In this document: piece by piece, positions 9,799 to 18,457 of the stretch | How positions within the stretch are numbered: position 1 is the first letter of the stretch | Layout of the letters: each line of letters begins with the position of its first letter | From: Parcubacteria bacterium C7867-002 | GTDB taxonomy: Bacteria; Patescibacteriota; Minisyncoccia; Phycocordibacterales; PALSA-1337 | NCBI GenBank assembly: GCA_001189105.1 | Contig: LFCL01000020.1 | Span: 1 to 45,470 of the forward strand | DNA: 45,470 nucleotides | Direction of reading: 5' to 3' | Notes under the pieces: generated by a model | What the model was told of the DNA's origin: nothing | Databases searched by the model: none | The model's input: the letters and a program-made list of their open reading frames with translations, nothing else | Translations under genes and position numbers: made by a program

Positions 9799-10215
9799 AT
9801 GGTTACTTCAAAAGACACAAAGAAACATGAACCCGCTCAGACTGCAAAATCGGCAGCCCCGAAACCTGCTCGTGCTCGGAAGAGTGCAGCGGTCACGGGT
9901 GCACACAGTGCGCCGCAACTCCGCATCCGCGTTCGAGCCTACGAGCACAAGATTCTTGATGCCTCGCTCCGCCAGATCATGGACACCGCAGCCCGCTACG
10001 ATGCCGAAATACATGGTCCAGTGCCTTTGCCGACAGAGATCAAGAAGTACACGGTCAACCGCTCGTCGTTCATAGATAAGAACTCACGTGAACAGTTCGA
10101 AATGCGTGTTCACAAGAGATTGATCGATATCATCAATCCAAACCCAAAGGTGATCGAGGCTCTCACGAATCTCAGTCTTCCTTCAGGCGTTAATATTGAT
10201 GTAAAAATGATGTAA
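9799..10215 (+). CDS. rpsJ: 30S ribosomal protein S10 with a ~40-aa Lys/Ala/Pro-rich N-terminal extension
   Basis: The core LRIRVRAYEHKILD...GPVPLPT...FEMRVHKRLIDI matches S10. ATG 9799 was chosen; the ORF-track TTG at 9778 overlaps tuf. Confidence 0.93.
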   Translation: MVTSKDTKKHEPAQTAKSAAPKPARARKSAAVTGAHSAPQLRIRVRAYEHKILDASLRQIMDTAARYDAEIHGPVPLPTEIKKYTVNRSSFIDKNSREQFEMRVHKRLIDIINPNPKVIEALTNLSLPSGVNIDVKMM

Positions 10216-10244
10216 TCGAATTCGACTACCTACCACTGACTACC

Positions 10245-10853
10245 ATGAAATTTATCCTTGGACGAAAACTGAATATGACCCAAATCTTCACTCCTGACGG
10301 AGCGGCGATTCCTGTGACTGCGGTTTCTGTACGTACCAACGTCATTACCCAAGTCCGCACAAAAGACAAGGATGGTTACGAAGCTCTCCAGATCGGAGAA
10401 GGTGCTCGTAAGGTTGCACGTATTGCAAAGCCACAAAAAGGTCATTTCAAGGATTTGGGATCTTTTGCTGCAGTTACGGAATTTCGTGTAGATAACCCAG
10501 TTCTCAAAGTAGGGGACAAGATGGAACTTTCCCAGTTCAATGCTGGTGATGTAGTCACTGTCAGTGCTACTTCGAAAGGTAAGGGCTTCCAAGGTGTAGT
10601 CAAGCGTCACGGTTTCGGTGGAGGACCACGTACTCACGGTCAAAAGCACTCCGAACGTGAGCCAGGTTCTATTGGCGGAGGTCTCCGTACACGCGTTCCT
10701 GTCGGTATGCGCATGGCAGGCCGTATGGGATCTGATCGCATTACTGTCCAAAACCTCAAGGTAGTTCATATTGACCCTACCGAGAATATCCTGTATGTTT
10801 CTGGAGCTGTTCCAGGTCGTCGCGGGACATTGGTTGAAATCGTCAGTAAATAA
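10245..10853 (+). CDS. rplC: 50S ribosomal protein L3
   Basis: GRKLNMTQIF...GKGFQGVVKRHGF.GGP.THG; operon order. Confidence 0.96.
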   Translation: MKFILGRKLNMTQIFTPDGAAIPVTAVSVRTNVITQVRTKDKDGYEALQIGEGARKVARIAKPQKGHFKDLGSFAAVTEFRVDNPVLKVGDKMELSQFNAGDVVTVSATSKGKGFQGVVKRHGFGGGPRTHGQKHSEREPGSIGGGLRTRVPVGMRMAGRMGSDRITVQNLKVVHIDPTENILYVSGAVPGRRGTLVEIVSK

Positions 10854-10857
10854 CATC

Positions 10858-11526
10858 ATGGAAACTACTCTATACAACCAGAAAGGTACATCAGCCGGAA
10901 CATTCAAACTTCCAAAGGGTATTTTTGACCTTCCTTGGAATGCTGACCTTGTCCACGAAGTAGTTCGTCTTATGAACTCAAACTCTCGTACCAACATTGC
11001 TCATACAAAGACTCGTGGAGAAGTACGAGGAGGTGGTAAGAAGCCTTGGAAACAAAAGGGTACAGGTCGTGCTCGTCACGGATCTACTCGTTCTCCGATC
11101 TGGGTTGGTGGAGGTGTTGCACATGGTCCTCGCAATACACAGAACTATTCTCGTAAGATCAATAAGAAAACAAAGACAAAGGCTTTGTTTACCGTTCTCT
11201 CTCGCAAGTTCAAAGACGGTGAAATTCTTTTTATCGACAATCTTACATTCCCAGCTCCAAAGGCCAAAGACGCAAAGAACGTCCTCCTTTCTCTCTCAAA
11301 GATCAAAGGTTACGAAAAGTTGGCTACCAAGCCAGAAAACGTTGCTATTTTTGCTCTCGACAAGAGACAAGATGCAGTCACTAAGAGTTTTGGTAATTTT
11401 GGAAACATTTCTATCGAAGAATTCCGTAACATCAACCCTGTTTCGATCATGAACCACAAATATTTGGTCATTTCGAATCCAGCAGAATCTTTGAAGACAT
11501 TAACAGGTAAGACAAAAGAGGATTAA
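10858..11526 (+). CDS. rplD: 50S ribosomal protein L4
   Basis: RGGGKKPWKQKGTGRARHGS.RSPIW.GGG. Start at ATG 10858, just after the rplC stop. Confidence 0.95.
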   Translation: METTLYNQKGTSAGTFKLPKGIFDLPWNADLVHEVVRLMNSNSRTNIAHTKTRGEVRGGGKKPWKQKGTGRARHGSTRSPIWVGGGVAHGPRNTQNYSRKINKKTKTKALFTVLSRKFKDGEILFIDNLTFPAPKAKDAKNVLLSLSKIKGYEKLATKPENVAIFALDKRQDAVTKSFGNFGNISIEEFRNINPVSIMNHKYLVISNPAESLKTLTGKTKED

Positions 11527-11537
11527 TTTTCATTACC

Positions 11538-11888
11538 ATGGCTTTACTCGGCAAAACAAAGAAAGAAGTAAAAAATGTTCCCGCTGTTGTAGCACACAAA
11601 GCGGAGATCACTTCTGGACCTACACACGCTATCCTTCGTCCTCATATTACCGAGAAGTCTGGCATGTTGAGTCAAACAGGTAAGTACACATTTCAGGTCA
11701 TGAAGAATGCAAACAAGCAATCTATTGCTCGTGCTATCCAAGTACTCTACAAGATTACTCCAAAGCACGTCACTCTTCTCAATCAGCCAGCACGCAATGT
11801 GTTTGTTCGTGGACGCCGTGGAGTCGTTCCTGGTCTTCGCAAGGCGATCGTTACGGTGAAGAAAGGCGATAAGATTGACTTTGTATAG
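11538..11888 (+). CDS. rplW: 50S ribosomal protein L23
   Basis: ILRPHITEKS...FQV...ANK..I..A...LY; operon order. Confidence 0.93.
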   Translation: MALLGKTKKEVKNVPAVVAHKAEITSGPTHAILRPHITEKSGMLSQTGKYTFQVMKNANKQSIARAIQVLYKITPKHVTLLNQPARNVFVRGRRGVVPGLRKAIVTVKKGDKIDFV

Positions 11889-11911
11889 ACTGAATTTTTA
11901 CATTTAATATC

Positions 11912-12766
11912 ATGAAATCATACCGACCAACAACAAAATCTCGCCGTCACATGACAACATTGCCATTCAAGCAATATGTCACTACTGACGAGCCATACAA
12001 GCCTCTTACGGTTGGTTTCAAGCGTGATGTGGGACGAAATGCTCATGGTCGCATTACTGTTCGCCACCAAGGTGGAGGACATAAGAAGCTCTATCGTATT
12101 ATCGATTTCATGTATGACAAGAAAGACATTCGTGCAACCGTAAAGACTGTTGAATACGATCCGTTCCGTACAGGCTATATTGCACTTGTTGCATACAAGG
12201 ATGGTGAAAAGCGTTATGTTCTTTTGCCAAAAAGTATGAAAGTAGGAAACTCTTTCATTGTGTCTGAAAATGCACCTATCGAAACCGGTAACCGCCTTCC
12301 ACTCAAAAAGATTCCTGTAGGTGCCTTTATTTACAATATCGAAATCAAGCCAGGTAGTGGATCCAAGCTCGTTCGTTCTGGTGGATCTTTTGCTCAGGTT
12401 ATCGCGAACGACGCAAGTTACACACACATCAAGCTTCCTTCAACCGAGGTTCGTAAGATTCACGAAGATGCATGGGCTTCTATCGGAGCTGTATCAAACG
12501 AAGAAAACCGTCTCGTAAACATCGGTAAGGCAGGACGCAGTCGCTGGATGGGTATTCGTCCTACTGTTCGTGGTACTGCTCAGAACCCTGTGGACCACCC
12601 ATACGGTGGAGGAGAACAACGCCAAGGCCGAGGTCTTCGCCGTCTCAAGACTCGTTGGGGTAAGCCAGCAGGTAAGGGTCAAAAGACTCGTACTCCAAAG
12701 AAGTACTCAAACGTTTTCATTGTTTCTCGTCGTCAGCCAGGTAAGAACATGACAAGTAGTAGTTAA
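11912..12766 (+). CDS. rplB: 50S ribosomal protein L2
   Basis: GRN..GRITVRH.GGGHK..YR, RGTAQNPVDHPYGGGE. Confidence 0.97.
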   Translation: MKSYRPTTKSRRHMTTLPFKQYVTTDEPYKPLTVGFKRDVGRNAHGRITVRHQGGGHKKLYRIIDFMYDKKDIRATVKTVEYDPFRTGYIALVAYKDGEKRYVLLPKSMKVGNSFIVSENAPIETGNRLPLKKIPVGAFIYNIEIKPGSGSKLVRSGGSFAQVIANDASYTHIKLPSTEVRKIHEDAWASIGAVSNEENRLVNIGKAGRSRWMGIRPTVRGTAQNPVDHPYGGGEQRQGRGLRRLKTRWGKPAGKGQKTRTPKKYSNVFIVSRRQPGKNMTSSS

Positions 12767-12846
12767 TCTTTCCATGATTCACAAACTCATTACATTTTGT
12801 AAAAGTGTAATCGAATGGTTGTTAGGGAAAGCATTGCCGGAATAAC

Positions 12847-12874
12847 AAAAAGACCCTTACCGAGGGTCTTTTTG
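12847..12874 (+). terminator. rho-independent terminator after rplB
   Basis: aaaaagaccct taccg agggtcttttt. Confidence 0.85.
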
Positions 12875-12887
12875 TTTGCGGAGTTGA

Positions 12888-12916
12888 TTGTCGAATAGAT
12901 ATAAGAAGAGTATTAT
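12888..12916 (+). promoter_or_regulatory. candidate promoter, leaderless geometry
   Basis: TTGTCG-N17-TATTAT, then 6 nt to the ATG at 12923. Confidence 0.45.
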
Positions 12917-12922
12917 TTACAT

Positions 12923-13450
12923 ATGAAAAATCCAACCACATTCAACACATTCGATAAACTCAGTGCACACAAAGGTTCAGCTTTACCAGTAATCCTCGCT
13001 ATTATTGCACTCATGTTACTCGGTGGAGCGTATTATTATTCAAAAACAATGAAAGGAGATGTTGTTGCACCAAGTATCACCCTCGTTTCGCCGAATGGTG
13101 GGGAGAATTTGATTATCGGTACAAATACCTCAGTTACTTTCAAGACTACTGGCGAAATCAAAGATACGTACAAAGTTGTCATCTGGCTCGACGAAGGTGC
13201 TGCTCCACTTGCAACTATTTCGGCTACCGAAACTACCCATTCTTTGAAGATTCCAGACTCTGTCTTGATTGGTGGTGACGCTGTCGCTCCACTTCAGCCT
13301 GGAATGTATAAGATCCGTGTAGCTCTCTATGACGGAACACCATGTACTGGATTTTGTATGCCTACAGACGTAAAAGAACTTGCTACTGACAGTTCAGATG
13401 GGGAAGTAACGATTGCGACGTCCATAAATCAGGTTATTCCAGGAAATTAA
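12923..13450 (+). CDS. membrane-anchored protein with an Ig-like extracellular domain
   Basis: N-terminal TM helix (ALPVILAIIALMLLGGAYYY). ITLVSPNGGENLIIGT..VTFKT resembles the C-terminal module of the 899-aa protein (ITIVSPRYENLKIGV..IKWK). Confidence 0.7.
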   Translation: MKNPTTFNTFDKLSAHKGSALPVILAIIALMLLGGAYYYSKTMKGDVVAPSITLVSPNGGENLIIGTNTSVTFKTTGEIKDTYKVVIWLDEGAAPLATISATETTHSLKIPDSVLIGGDAVAPLQPGMYKIRVALYDGTPCTGFCMPTDVKELATDSSDGEVTIATSINQVIPGN

Positions 13451-13568
13451 AATCTCGACTATACTTCCGCCACGTTTTTTCTGCGCACGACAGATTGAAA
13501 TTATTTTAAATTTGATAAAATAGAGACGCCTGCCATTCCTCGTATCATCTTTAATTTTATTTCAATCT

Positions 13569-13895
13569 ATGAAAACAAATAGTACTCCTGTTACCAAGAG
13601 TCATTTACTGGATTACGTTACCAAGTTCGAATTCAATGAATTTCGCGACGAGATGAAAGACTTCCGTACCGATACTCAACGACGTTTTGACTTTATAGAC
13701 AAGAGGTTTGATGCTATAGACCAACGTTTTGGGTCTGTAGATAAGCGCCTCGACACTCTCGATAGAAAATTTGATCAGTTACGAGATGAGTTTAGGGTCC
13801 ATACCGGTACAATTCTTCAACAGTTTCGGGAACATATAGATACGGTTATGGAATATGTGAGATATATAGACGAGAAGAAAGTCGACAAAGAATAA
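13569..13895 (+). CDS. coiled-coil protein with heptad RFDxID repeats
   Basis: RRFDFID KRFDAID QRFGSVD KRLDTLD RKFDQLR: five consecutive 7-residue repeats. Confidence 0.65.
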   Translation: MKTNSTPVTKSHLLDYVTKFEFNEFRDEMKDFRTDTQRRFDFIDKRFDAIDQRFGSVDKRLDTLDRKFDQLRDEFRVHTGTILQQFREHIDTVMEYVRYIDEKKVDKE

Positions 13896-13961
13896 TATGG
13901 GTCAAGTTGCTACTTTCACCCAGTAGGCGATTCAGCAGAATCGCTCTTGGAGCCGAAATTG

Positions 13962-14777
13962 CTATTTCACCATTGGTACAATGATCTGAAATGTAGTGCC
14001 TCGATCGATACCTTCTGAGAAAACATTGATTCTTCCGTTGTGGCGGCGAACGATAGCTTGGGCGAGATAGAGTCCAACACCAAAACCTTCGGTGTCAGTC
14101 TTTTGAGCATTGGCAGTTCTAAAGAATTTGGTAAATATTTTGTTGATATCTTTGGGATCAATACCGATACCATTGTCACTGACGGTCACCACAGCCTTTC
14201 TCTTTTCAAATGCGACTGATAATTCGACATTTCGTCCTGGTGGGGAATAGGTCGCAGCGTTTTGTAGGAGAGTCTGCAGAACGAATTCCATGCGAGGTTT
14301 GTCTATATTGGCAAAAATCACCGGCTCGGAACAGCTGACTGCAAGAAACAAGTTTTTTTCATGGAATGTTTTTTTGAATGTTTCAGCGACAGAACGCACC
14401 AATTCGCAGATATTCGTACGTTCAAAGGTATATGAGCTTCGTGTAGCGTTGTCTGAATCAGTCAGTTCAATCAGGGTGCCTGTAAGGTCGATAAGTTGCT
14501 GCGTGGCACGTTGCATATCAGTAAGACCTTGTTTCTTGAGGCTATCTTGTTCGGTCGAAGCCATACCTTCCGTCAGCCATTTCATCTGGGTCAAGGGTGT
14601 ACGAAACTTGTGGGCGATGATGGTGATAAATTCGTATTTGAGATTTTCATTCTCATTGAGTTTATTCCAGATAGCGCCACCCAATCCTTTGACGATCACA
14701 CCGAAAATAATAATGGAGGAAGATATGAGAAGAATAGAGGGAAGGTTTGTAAACATGTAAATCAGTATACCATTCAT
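13962..14777 (-). CDS. sensor histidine kinase (one TM helix, HisKA + HATPase_c, no sensor domain); the start may be ATG 14756
   Basis: H-box IAHKFRTPLT, N-box LLQNAATYS, G-boxes DNGIGI and GFGVGL. Confidence 0.88.
   Translation of the reverse strand: MNGILIYMFTNLPSILLISSSIIIFGVIVKGLGGAIWNKLNENENLKYEFITIIAHKFRTPLTQMKWLTEGMASTEQDSLKKQGLTDMQRATQQLIDLTGTLIELTDSDNATRSSYTFERTNICELVRSVAETFKKTFHEKNLFLAVSCSEPVIFANIDKPRMEFVLQTLLQNAATYSPPGRNVELSVAFEKRKAVVTVSDNGIGIDPKDINKIFTKFFRTANAQKTDTEGFGVGLYLAQAIVRRHNGRINVFSEGIDRGTTFQIIVPMVK
14764..14772 (-). promoter_or_regulatory. extended -10 (TGGTATACT) 7 nt upstream of the internal ATG 14756 of the kinase ORF
   Basis: Read on the minus strand. The first ATG (14777) abuts the upstream terminator T-run. 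Confidence 0.4.
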
Positions 14778-14779
14778 AT

Positions 14780-14810
14780 AAAAAAAGACCGCCCAGTTAT
14801 CCAGGCGGTG
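14780..14810 (-). terminator. rho-independent terminator (minus strand)
   Basis: accgcc/ggcggt stem with a T-run on the minus strand, between the membrane-protein gene and the kinase gene. Confidence 0.6.
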
Positions 14811-14834
14811 TGGTGGTGTAGCAAAGTGAAGAAC

Positions 14835-15287
14835 TTAAGACATCTTCTCGATTATTGAAACCAATGATTTTCCGTCATATCGGTACAAAAAACCAGAGGT
14901 TAAGTTTATTTTCTCAAAGAGCTTCAGGTAACGTATTTCGCCTGATTCGGTTTCGATGAGTGCGCAAGTATAATCTGCTTTGAAGGTAGAAAAAAGTACT
15001 TTTACCACTTCGTGTTTTCGCACACTAAGAAGAGTCATCGGCCGACCTTCTTGGAAAAGTGATCCCATAATGAAGCTGTTCACTATCAGGATAGCAATAG
15101 GTATCCAATATTCAGGGTAGGAACTTACCGGATTGTTCGACTCACGAATAATGAGCGATACATTTACCACGATAATGATACCTATACACATTAACAATAA
15201 GCCAGTATTTTTTTTCACAATACATTTCTTTTTTTCAATGAACGATGTGAACGTTATTCTGTAAATCTCTCTAGGCTTTTCTTTCAC
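14835..15287 (-). CDS. hypothetical membrane protein (2 TM helices plus a soluble C-terminal domain), GTG start
   Basis: Hydrophobic segments LLLMCIGIIIVVNVSLII and WIPIAILIVNSFIMGSLF. No family recognised. Confidence 0.55.
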   Translation of the reverse strand: MKEKPREIYRITFTSFIEKKKCIVKKNTGLLLMCIGIIIVVNVSLIIRESNNPVSSYPEYWIPIAILIVNSFIMGSLFQEGRPMTLLSVRKHEVVKVLFSTFKADYTCALIETESGEIRYLKLFEKINLTSGFLYRYDGKSLVSIIEKMS

Positions 15288-15389
15288 CTACGTATTTACA
15301 GAGTGTCCCAATCGACGGTATTATTTTGTCATATTGTATTTGTTATGTCAATTTATCCGTAATATAAGACATTGAAGCAGAGGAGTTTC

Positions 15390-15418
15390 TTGACTTCTAA
15401 GACCGCTCCTGTTAACAT
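15390..15418 (+). promoter_or_regulatory. candidate promoter of rpsS to rplE
   Basis: TTGACT-N17-TAACAT, with TGT directly upstream of the -10. Confidence 0.55.
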
Positions 15419-15445
15419 GCCTGGACGCTCGTTTGAGCCATTTTT

Positions 15446-15793
15446 ATGTCACGATCCCTCAATAAAGGACCATATGTAGATGAGAATCTTCTCAAGAAGA
15501 TCGCTGGTAAGAAGCCGTCAGAAACCGGTACTATAAAGACGTGGTCACGCCGCTCTCAGATAGCACCAGAAATGGTAGGTTTTACCTTTGGTGTCTACAA
15601 TGGTCGTGTGCATATCGATGTGCTCGCTACAGAAGACATGGTAGGTCATCGCCTTGGTGAATTCTCTCCTACTCGTAAGTTCGTTCGTCACGGAGGTAAG
15701 ATGCAAAAGGACATTGAACTCAAAGCAAAGGAAGCAGAAGTTGCTGCTGCAAAGTCTGCCAAGGAAGCTGCAACATCCGCTGCTAAAAAATAA
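15446..15793 (+). CDS. rpsS: 30S ribosomal protein S19 with a Lys/Ala-rich C-terminal tail
   Basis: [13 protein letters not shown]......[14 protein letters not shown]....VYNG; GHRLGEF.PTR.F..H. Confidence 0.96.
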   Translation: MSRSLNKGPYVDENLLKKIAGKKPSETGTIKTWSRRSQIAPEMVGFTFGVYNGRVHIDVLATEDMVGHRLGEFSPTRKFVRHGGKMQKDIELKAKEAEVAAAKSAKEAATSAAKK

Positions 15794-15798
15794 TTTCC

Positions 15799-16167
15799 AT
15801 GATTACCGCATCCCTTAAAAACCACAGAATTGCACCTCGTAAGGTTCGTTTGGTTGCAGATATGATTCGCGGTAAAAAAGTTGTCGATGCACAGGCAATC
15901 TTGGCTTTCGCACTCAAAAAGGCAAAGAGTCCTTTGGGTGACCTTTTGAATTCTGCCATTGCCAATGCTCAGAACAATTTTAAGCTCGACAAGGAGAACC
16001 TCTATGTCAAAGAGATCATGGTCAACCAAGGCTACGTTCTCAAGCGTTCAATGCCGGTATCTCGCGGTTCTGCACACCCGATCAAGAAACGTACCAGTCA
16101 TGTACGATTGGTCCTTGCTGCACGCGAACCAAAGGCCGCAAAAAAGACTAACAAATCTACAAAGTAA
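15799..16167 (+). CDS. rplV: 50S ribosomal protein L22
   Basis: RIAPRKVRLVADMIRGKKV..A..IL.F; operon order. Confidence 0.95.
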   Translation: MITASLKNHRIAPRKVRLVADMIRGKKVVDAQAILAFALKKAKSPLGDLLNSAIANAQNNFKLDKENLYVKEIMVNQGYVLKRSMPVSRGSAHPIKKRTSHVRLVLAAREPKAAKKTNKSTK

Positions 16168-16172
16168 CTACC

Positions 16173-16841
16173 ATGTCCCACACCGTACACCCTTATTCTC
16201 ATAGACTTGGAATCATTCGTGACTGGAGAAGTCGCTGGTTCAGTATGCACAAGACATACCGCACCTCTCTCAAGGCTGATGTGTTGATCCGTGAATATTT
16301 ACAAGAAGCACTCCGTGCAAACTATGTCGGTGGTATCGACATCGAACGTACTCAGAAGGTGCTTCGTGTCATCATCAAGACATCTCGTCCAGGTATGCTC
16401 ATCGGCAAAGCAGGGGATGGTGTGGTCAAGCTCCGCGCAAAACTCCTCGCACTTTTGAAAAAGCACAAAGTTGAACTTGCAGGCCAAGAATTCAAGCTCG
16501 ATGTCGAAGAAATCCGCAACCCAGAATCAAATGCAGCTATTGCGGCTATGATGGTTGCCGAGGCTCTCGAAAAGCGTCTTCCATTCCGTCGTGTCATGAA
16601 ACAGACCATCGAAAAGGTCATGGCAAACAAAGAAGTCCAGGGTGTTCGTATCTATCTCGGTGGCCGATTGGGTGGTGCAGAAATCGCACGTTCCGAATCA
16701 CTCAAGAAGGGTCGTATTCCTTTGCAGACATTGCGTGCTGATATCGATTTTGCTCGTGAACGTGCACACATGACGTACGGTGATATCGGTATCAAAGTCT
16801 GGATTTATAAGGGTGAGATCTTTAAGAAAGATCAAAAATAA
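16173..16841 (+). CDS. rpsC: 30S ribosomal protein S3
   Basis: HTVHPYSHRLGI...W.SRWF; LGGAEIARSE....GRIPLQTLRADIDF. Confidence 0.97.
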   Translation: MSHTVHPYSHRLGIIRDWRSRWFSMHKTYRTSLKADVLIREYLQEALRANYVGGIDIERTQKVLRVIIKTSRPGMLIGKAGDGVVKLRAKLLALLKKHKVELAGQEFKLDVEEIRNPESNAAIAAMMVAEALEKRLPFRRVMKQTIEKVMANKEVQGVRIYLGGRLGGAEIARSESLKKGRIPLQTLRADIDFARERAHMTYGDIGIKVWIYKGEIFKKDQK

Positions 16842-16850
16842 ATTCCTACC

Positions 16851-17276
16851 ATGTTATTTCCTAAGAAAGTAAAATATCGAAAGCGCTTTACCAAGCGTAA
16901 GAATCCGATCAAAGAAGCAGGGAAACACGAAACACGTGGCGTTTCTGTCGCATTCGGATCATACGGTCTCAAAGCTATGGCATACTCTCGTATCACTTCG
17001 AATCAAATCGAAGCAGCACGTAAGGTTATGTCTCGCTACGCTACCAAGTCTGGTAAAGTATGGATCCGCATTTTCCCTGACCATCCGTTTACCCAAAAGC
17101 CTGCCGAAGTAAAAATGGGAAAGGGTAAGGGAGATCCAGTTGGCTTTATCGCCGAAGTTCGCCCAGGTCGTATCATGTTTGAGATCGACGGTGTCGATGC
17201 AACTGTGGCTGCCGAAGCATTGCGCAAGGCGGGTACCAAGTTGCCGGTAAAGACCAAGGTTGTTGGACGCATATAA
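16851..17276 (+). CDS. rplP: 50S ribosomal protein L16
   Basis: MLFPKKVKYRK.F; IEAARKVMSRY; MGKGKG.P.. Confidence 0.97.
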   Translation: MLFPKKVKYRKRFTKRKNPIKEAGKHETRGVSVAFGSYGLKAMAYSRITSNQIEAARKVMSRYATKSGKVWIRIFPDHPFTQKPAEVKMGKGKGDPVGFIAEVRPGRIMFEIDGVDATVAAEALRKAGTKLPVKTKVVGRI

Positions 17277-17287
17277 TACCTACCATC

Positions 17288-17488
17288 ATGAAAATGAAAG
17301 AAATCACAACCAAAACAGTCGCCGATCTCAACAAACTTATTGCTGAGAAACAGGAATCTTTGCGTACATTCCGTTTCGGAACAGCTGGTGCAAAGACCAA
17401 GAACGTCAAAGAAGGACGTACTATCCGCAAGGATATTGCTCGGATGATGACCGCAATTTCAATGAAAAAGAGCGAAACCACGAAATAA
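17288..17488 (+). CDS. rpmC: 50S ribosomal protein L29
   Basis: 66 aa; L..L..L..E...LRF......... pattern; operon order. Confidence 0.9.
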   Translation: MKMKEITTKTVADLNKLIAEKQESLRTFRFGTAGAKTKNVKEGRTIRKDIARMMTAISMKKSETTK

Positions 17489-17529
17489 CCTAGACAAAAG
17501 ATCATATTTCCAGTAGTATCACAAATCAC

Positions 17530-17793
17530 ATGGCAACCCTTAATACACAACCAGTAACAGAAACAAAGAAGCCTCAAACTTTCAGTGGAGAGGTTGTGTC
17601 TGACAAAATGAAGGATACTGCAGTTGTTATGATTGCTCGATACGTTAAGCACAAGAAGTATCAGAAGTTCATGACTCGCCGCACAAAGTTCTTGGCGCAT
17701 GATCCAGGCAATACAAAGAAGATTGGAGACAAGGCAACTATCGAGGCATGCCGTCCAATTTCAAAGAACAAATCATTTAAAATAATCGCATGA
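17530..17793 (+). CDS. rpsQ: 30S ribosomal protein S17
   Basis: G.VVSDKM.DTAVV...R...H..Y.K......KF.AHD; operon order. Confidence 0.94.
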   Translation: MATLNTQPVTETKKPQTFSGEVVSDKMKDTAVVMIARYVKHKKYQKFMTRRTKFLAHDPGNTKKIGDKATIEACRPISKNKSFKIIA

Positions 17794-18161
17794 TACAACC
17801 ACGCTCAATTGTAAATATTGCCGACAATTCCGGAGCAAAGATCGGACGCATTTTTAAAGTGCTCGGTTCATCTCACAAGCGCTATGCAGAGATCGGTGAG
17901 CTTGTGGTTTTGTCAGTACAGAAGGCTGAACCTCGTAAGTCTGTAAAAAAGAAAGACGTTCTCCATGCGGTTGTAGTTCGTCAGACAAAGGCGGTTCGCC
18001 GTAAGGACGGTTCATATATCCGTTTCGATGAGAATGCCGTCGTTATTTTGGAAAAGGGTAAAAAGGAGCCGATGGCTGGTCGTATCTTCGGTCCTATTCC
18101 TCGTGAAGTTGCCGAAGCTGGTTTCAAGACTATCGCTTCAAAGGCGGCCGAGATCGTATAA
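17790..18161 (+). CDS. rplN: 50S ribosomal protein L14
   Basis: MIQPRS...ADNSGAK; ATGA overlap with the rpsQ stop. Confidence 0.97.
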   Translation: MIQPRSIVNIADNSGAKIGRIFKVLGSSHKRYAEIGELVVLSVQKAEPRKSVKKKDVLHAVVVRQTKAVRRKDGSYIRFDENAVVILEKGKKEPMAGRIFGPIPREVAEAGFKTIASKAAEIV

Positions 18162-18184
18162 TGACATTTAATTAATCTACTATT

Positions 18185-18442
18185 ATGCACGTAAAGAAAG
18201 GCGACACAGTTCTCATACTCTCCGGTGATGACAAGGGCAAGACCGGCAAAATCCTCAAGGCATTTCCTCGTGAAGGAAAGGTGGTTGTCGAGGGTATCAA
18301 TACTGTCAAAAAGCACGAACGTCCTCGAAAGCAAGGTCAGAAAGGACAGGTTGTCGAACGTCCAATGCCTATGCATGCATCAAAGGTAGTAAAGGCAGAT
18401 GCCGAAAAGAAGGAAACAAAGAAAAAGGCTGCAAAAAAGTAA
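18185..18442 (+). CDS. rplX: 50S ribosomal protein L24
   Basis: KKGDTV.ILSGDDKGKTGKIL...P....V.VEG.N..KKH (KOW motif). Confidence 0.95.
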   Translation: MHVKKGDTVLILSGDDKGKTGKILKAFPREGKVVVEGINTVKKHERPRKQGQKGQVVERPMPMHASKVVKADAEKKETKKKAAKK

Positions 18443-18457
18443 TTTCCCATAACTACC

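Noticed and set aside
10230-10997. 255-aa ORF antisense to rplC/rplD. Similar long antisense ORFs occur at 3720-4271, 11918-12427, 17173-17700, 32660-33223 and 36381-36920.
   Set aside because: They lie fully opposite highly conserved, confidently identified genes. They have no recognisable motifs, promoters or terminators. They are typical shadow ORFs.
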